A stretch of 35,537 nucleotides of DNA from an uncultured Bacteroidota bacterium (GTDB lineage: Bacteria > Bacteroidota > Bacteroidia > UBA4408): positions 1 to 35,537 of the forward strand of contig CAIMMJ010000042.1 of assembly GCA_903842515.1 (NCBI GenBank), written 5' to 3'. Under the pieces are notes generated by a model. The model did no database searches. It saw only the letters and a list, made by a program, of their open reading frames with translations, and was not told where the DNA came from. The position numbers and the translations under genes were made by a program. Shown piece by piece: positions 35,460 to 35,537 of the stretch; position 1 is the first letter of the stretch, and each line of letters opens with the position of its first letter.

Positions 35460-35537
35460 TTACAAATTTGTAAATGTAATCTGCAAAGTTAGTCCGGGTT
35501 TTTTTATATACTCAATAGACCCTTTAATTTGCCTAAC
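35460..35537 (-). CDS. 3' end of an upstream minus-strand ORF running off the window (possibly a kinase C-terminus; very tentative)
   Basis: The minus frame reads ...VRQIKGSIEYIKKPGLTLQITFTNL* with TAA at 35460-35462, 84 nt upstream of the REC-PP2C gene. Only 25 codons are visible. The G-x-I...G-x-T-x-x-I-x-F ending is loosely HATPase-like. Confidence 0.25.
   Translation of the reverse strand, partial: VRQIKGSIEYIKKPGLTLQITFTNL

Noticed and set aside
1-35537. CRISPR arrays, rRNA genes, transposases, integrases or phage genes.
   Set aside because: I found no regularly spaced direct repeats, no rRNA-like sequence, and no ORF with transposase, integrase or phage-structural motifs. The only repeats are those reported above.

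Overview
This is an AT-rich, gene-dense chromosomal segment that looks like it comes from a Bacteroidota-type organism. Supporting signs are a T9SS C-terminal sorting domain, the rplM-rpsI-rpsB-tsf block, and start codons mostly preceded by A/T tracts rather than GGAGG. About 75% of the window is ordinary housekeeping: tatC (5'-partial), murA, a TlpA-like thioredoxin, an MscS channel, RNase HI, an ABC-F ATPase, a Cu-type P1B ATPase, a SpoU/TrmH methyltransferase, tRNA-Arg(CCU), metG, prfB with its programmed +1 frameshift, an rfbB/epimerase/CpsB polysaccharide fragment, a gamma-carbonic-anhydrase-like protein, ribosomal protein genes, a Tat-signal PLP enzyme and a TauE exporter. Accessory content includes an intact HepT/MntA toxin-antitoxin cassette bracketed by inverted repeats beside a gene remnant, a decayed ParE/RelE-type toxin-antitoxin pair, a class II Fic protein, and a frameshifted HAD-like gene. 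The most interesting region is roughly 28.9-35.5 kb. It holds a translationally coupled operon encoding a stand-alone sGC-type H-NOX haem sensor, a soluble GAF-HNOBA-PAS-histidine kinase and two REC-only proteins. A second kinase with a paralogous GAF domain lies upstream, and a convergent REC-PP2C phosphatase lies downstream. I read this as a candidate uncharacterised NO-sensing multikinase network. It resembles a soluble guanylate cyclase sensor split over two polypeptides and wired to phosphorelay rather than to cGMP or c-di-GMP. Just upstream, an unexplained repeat family flanks a T9SS-secreted hydrolase gene. Each copy has a promoter-like TAnnTTTG box, an ATG-N-GGAGG block and hairpins. 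All calls rest on reading the translations and the nucleotide sequence; no database search was possible.
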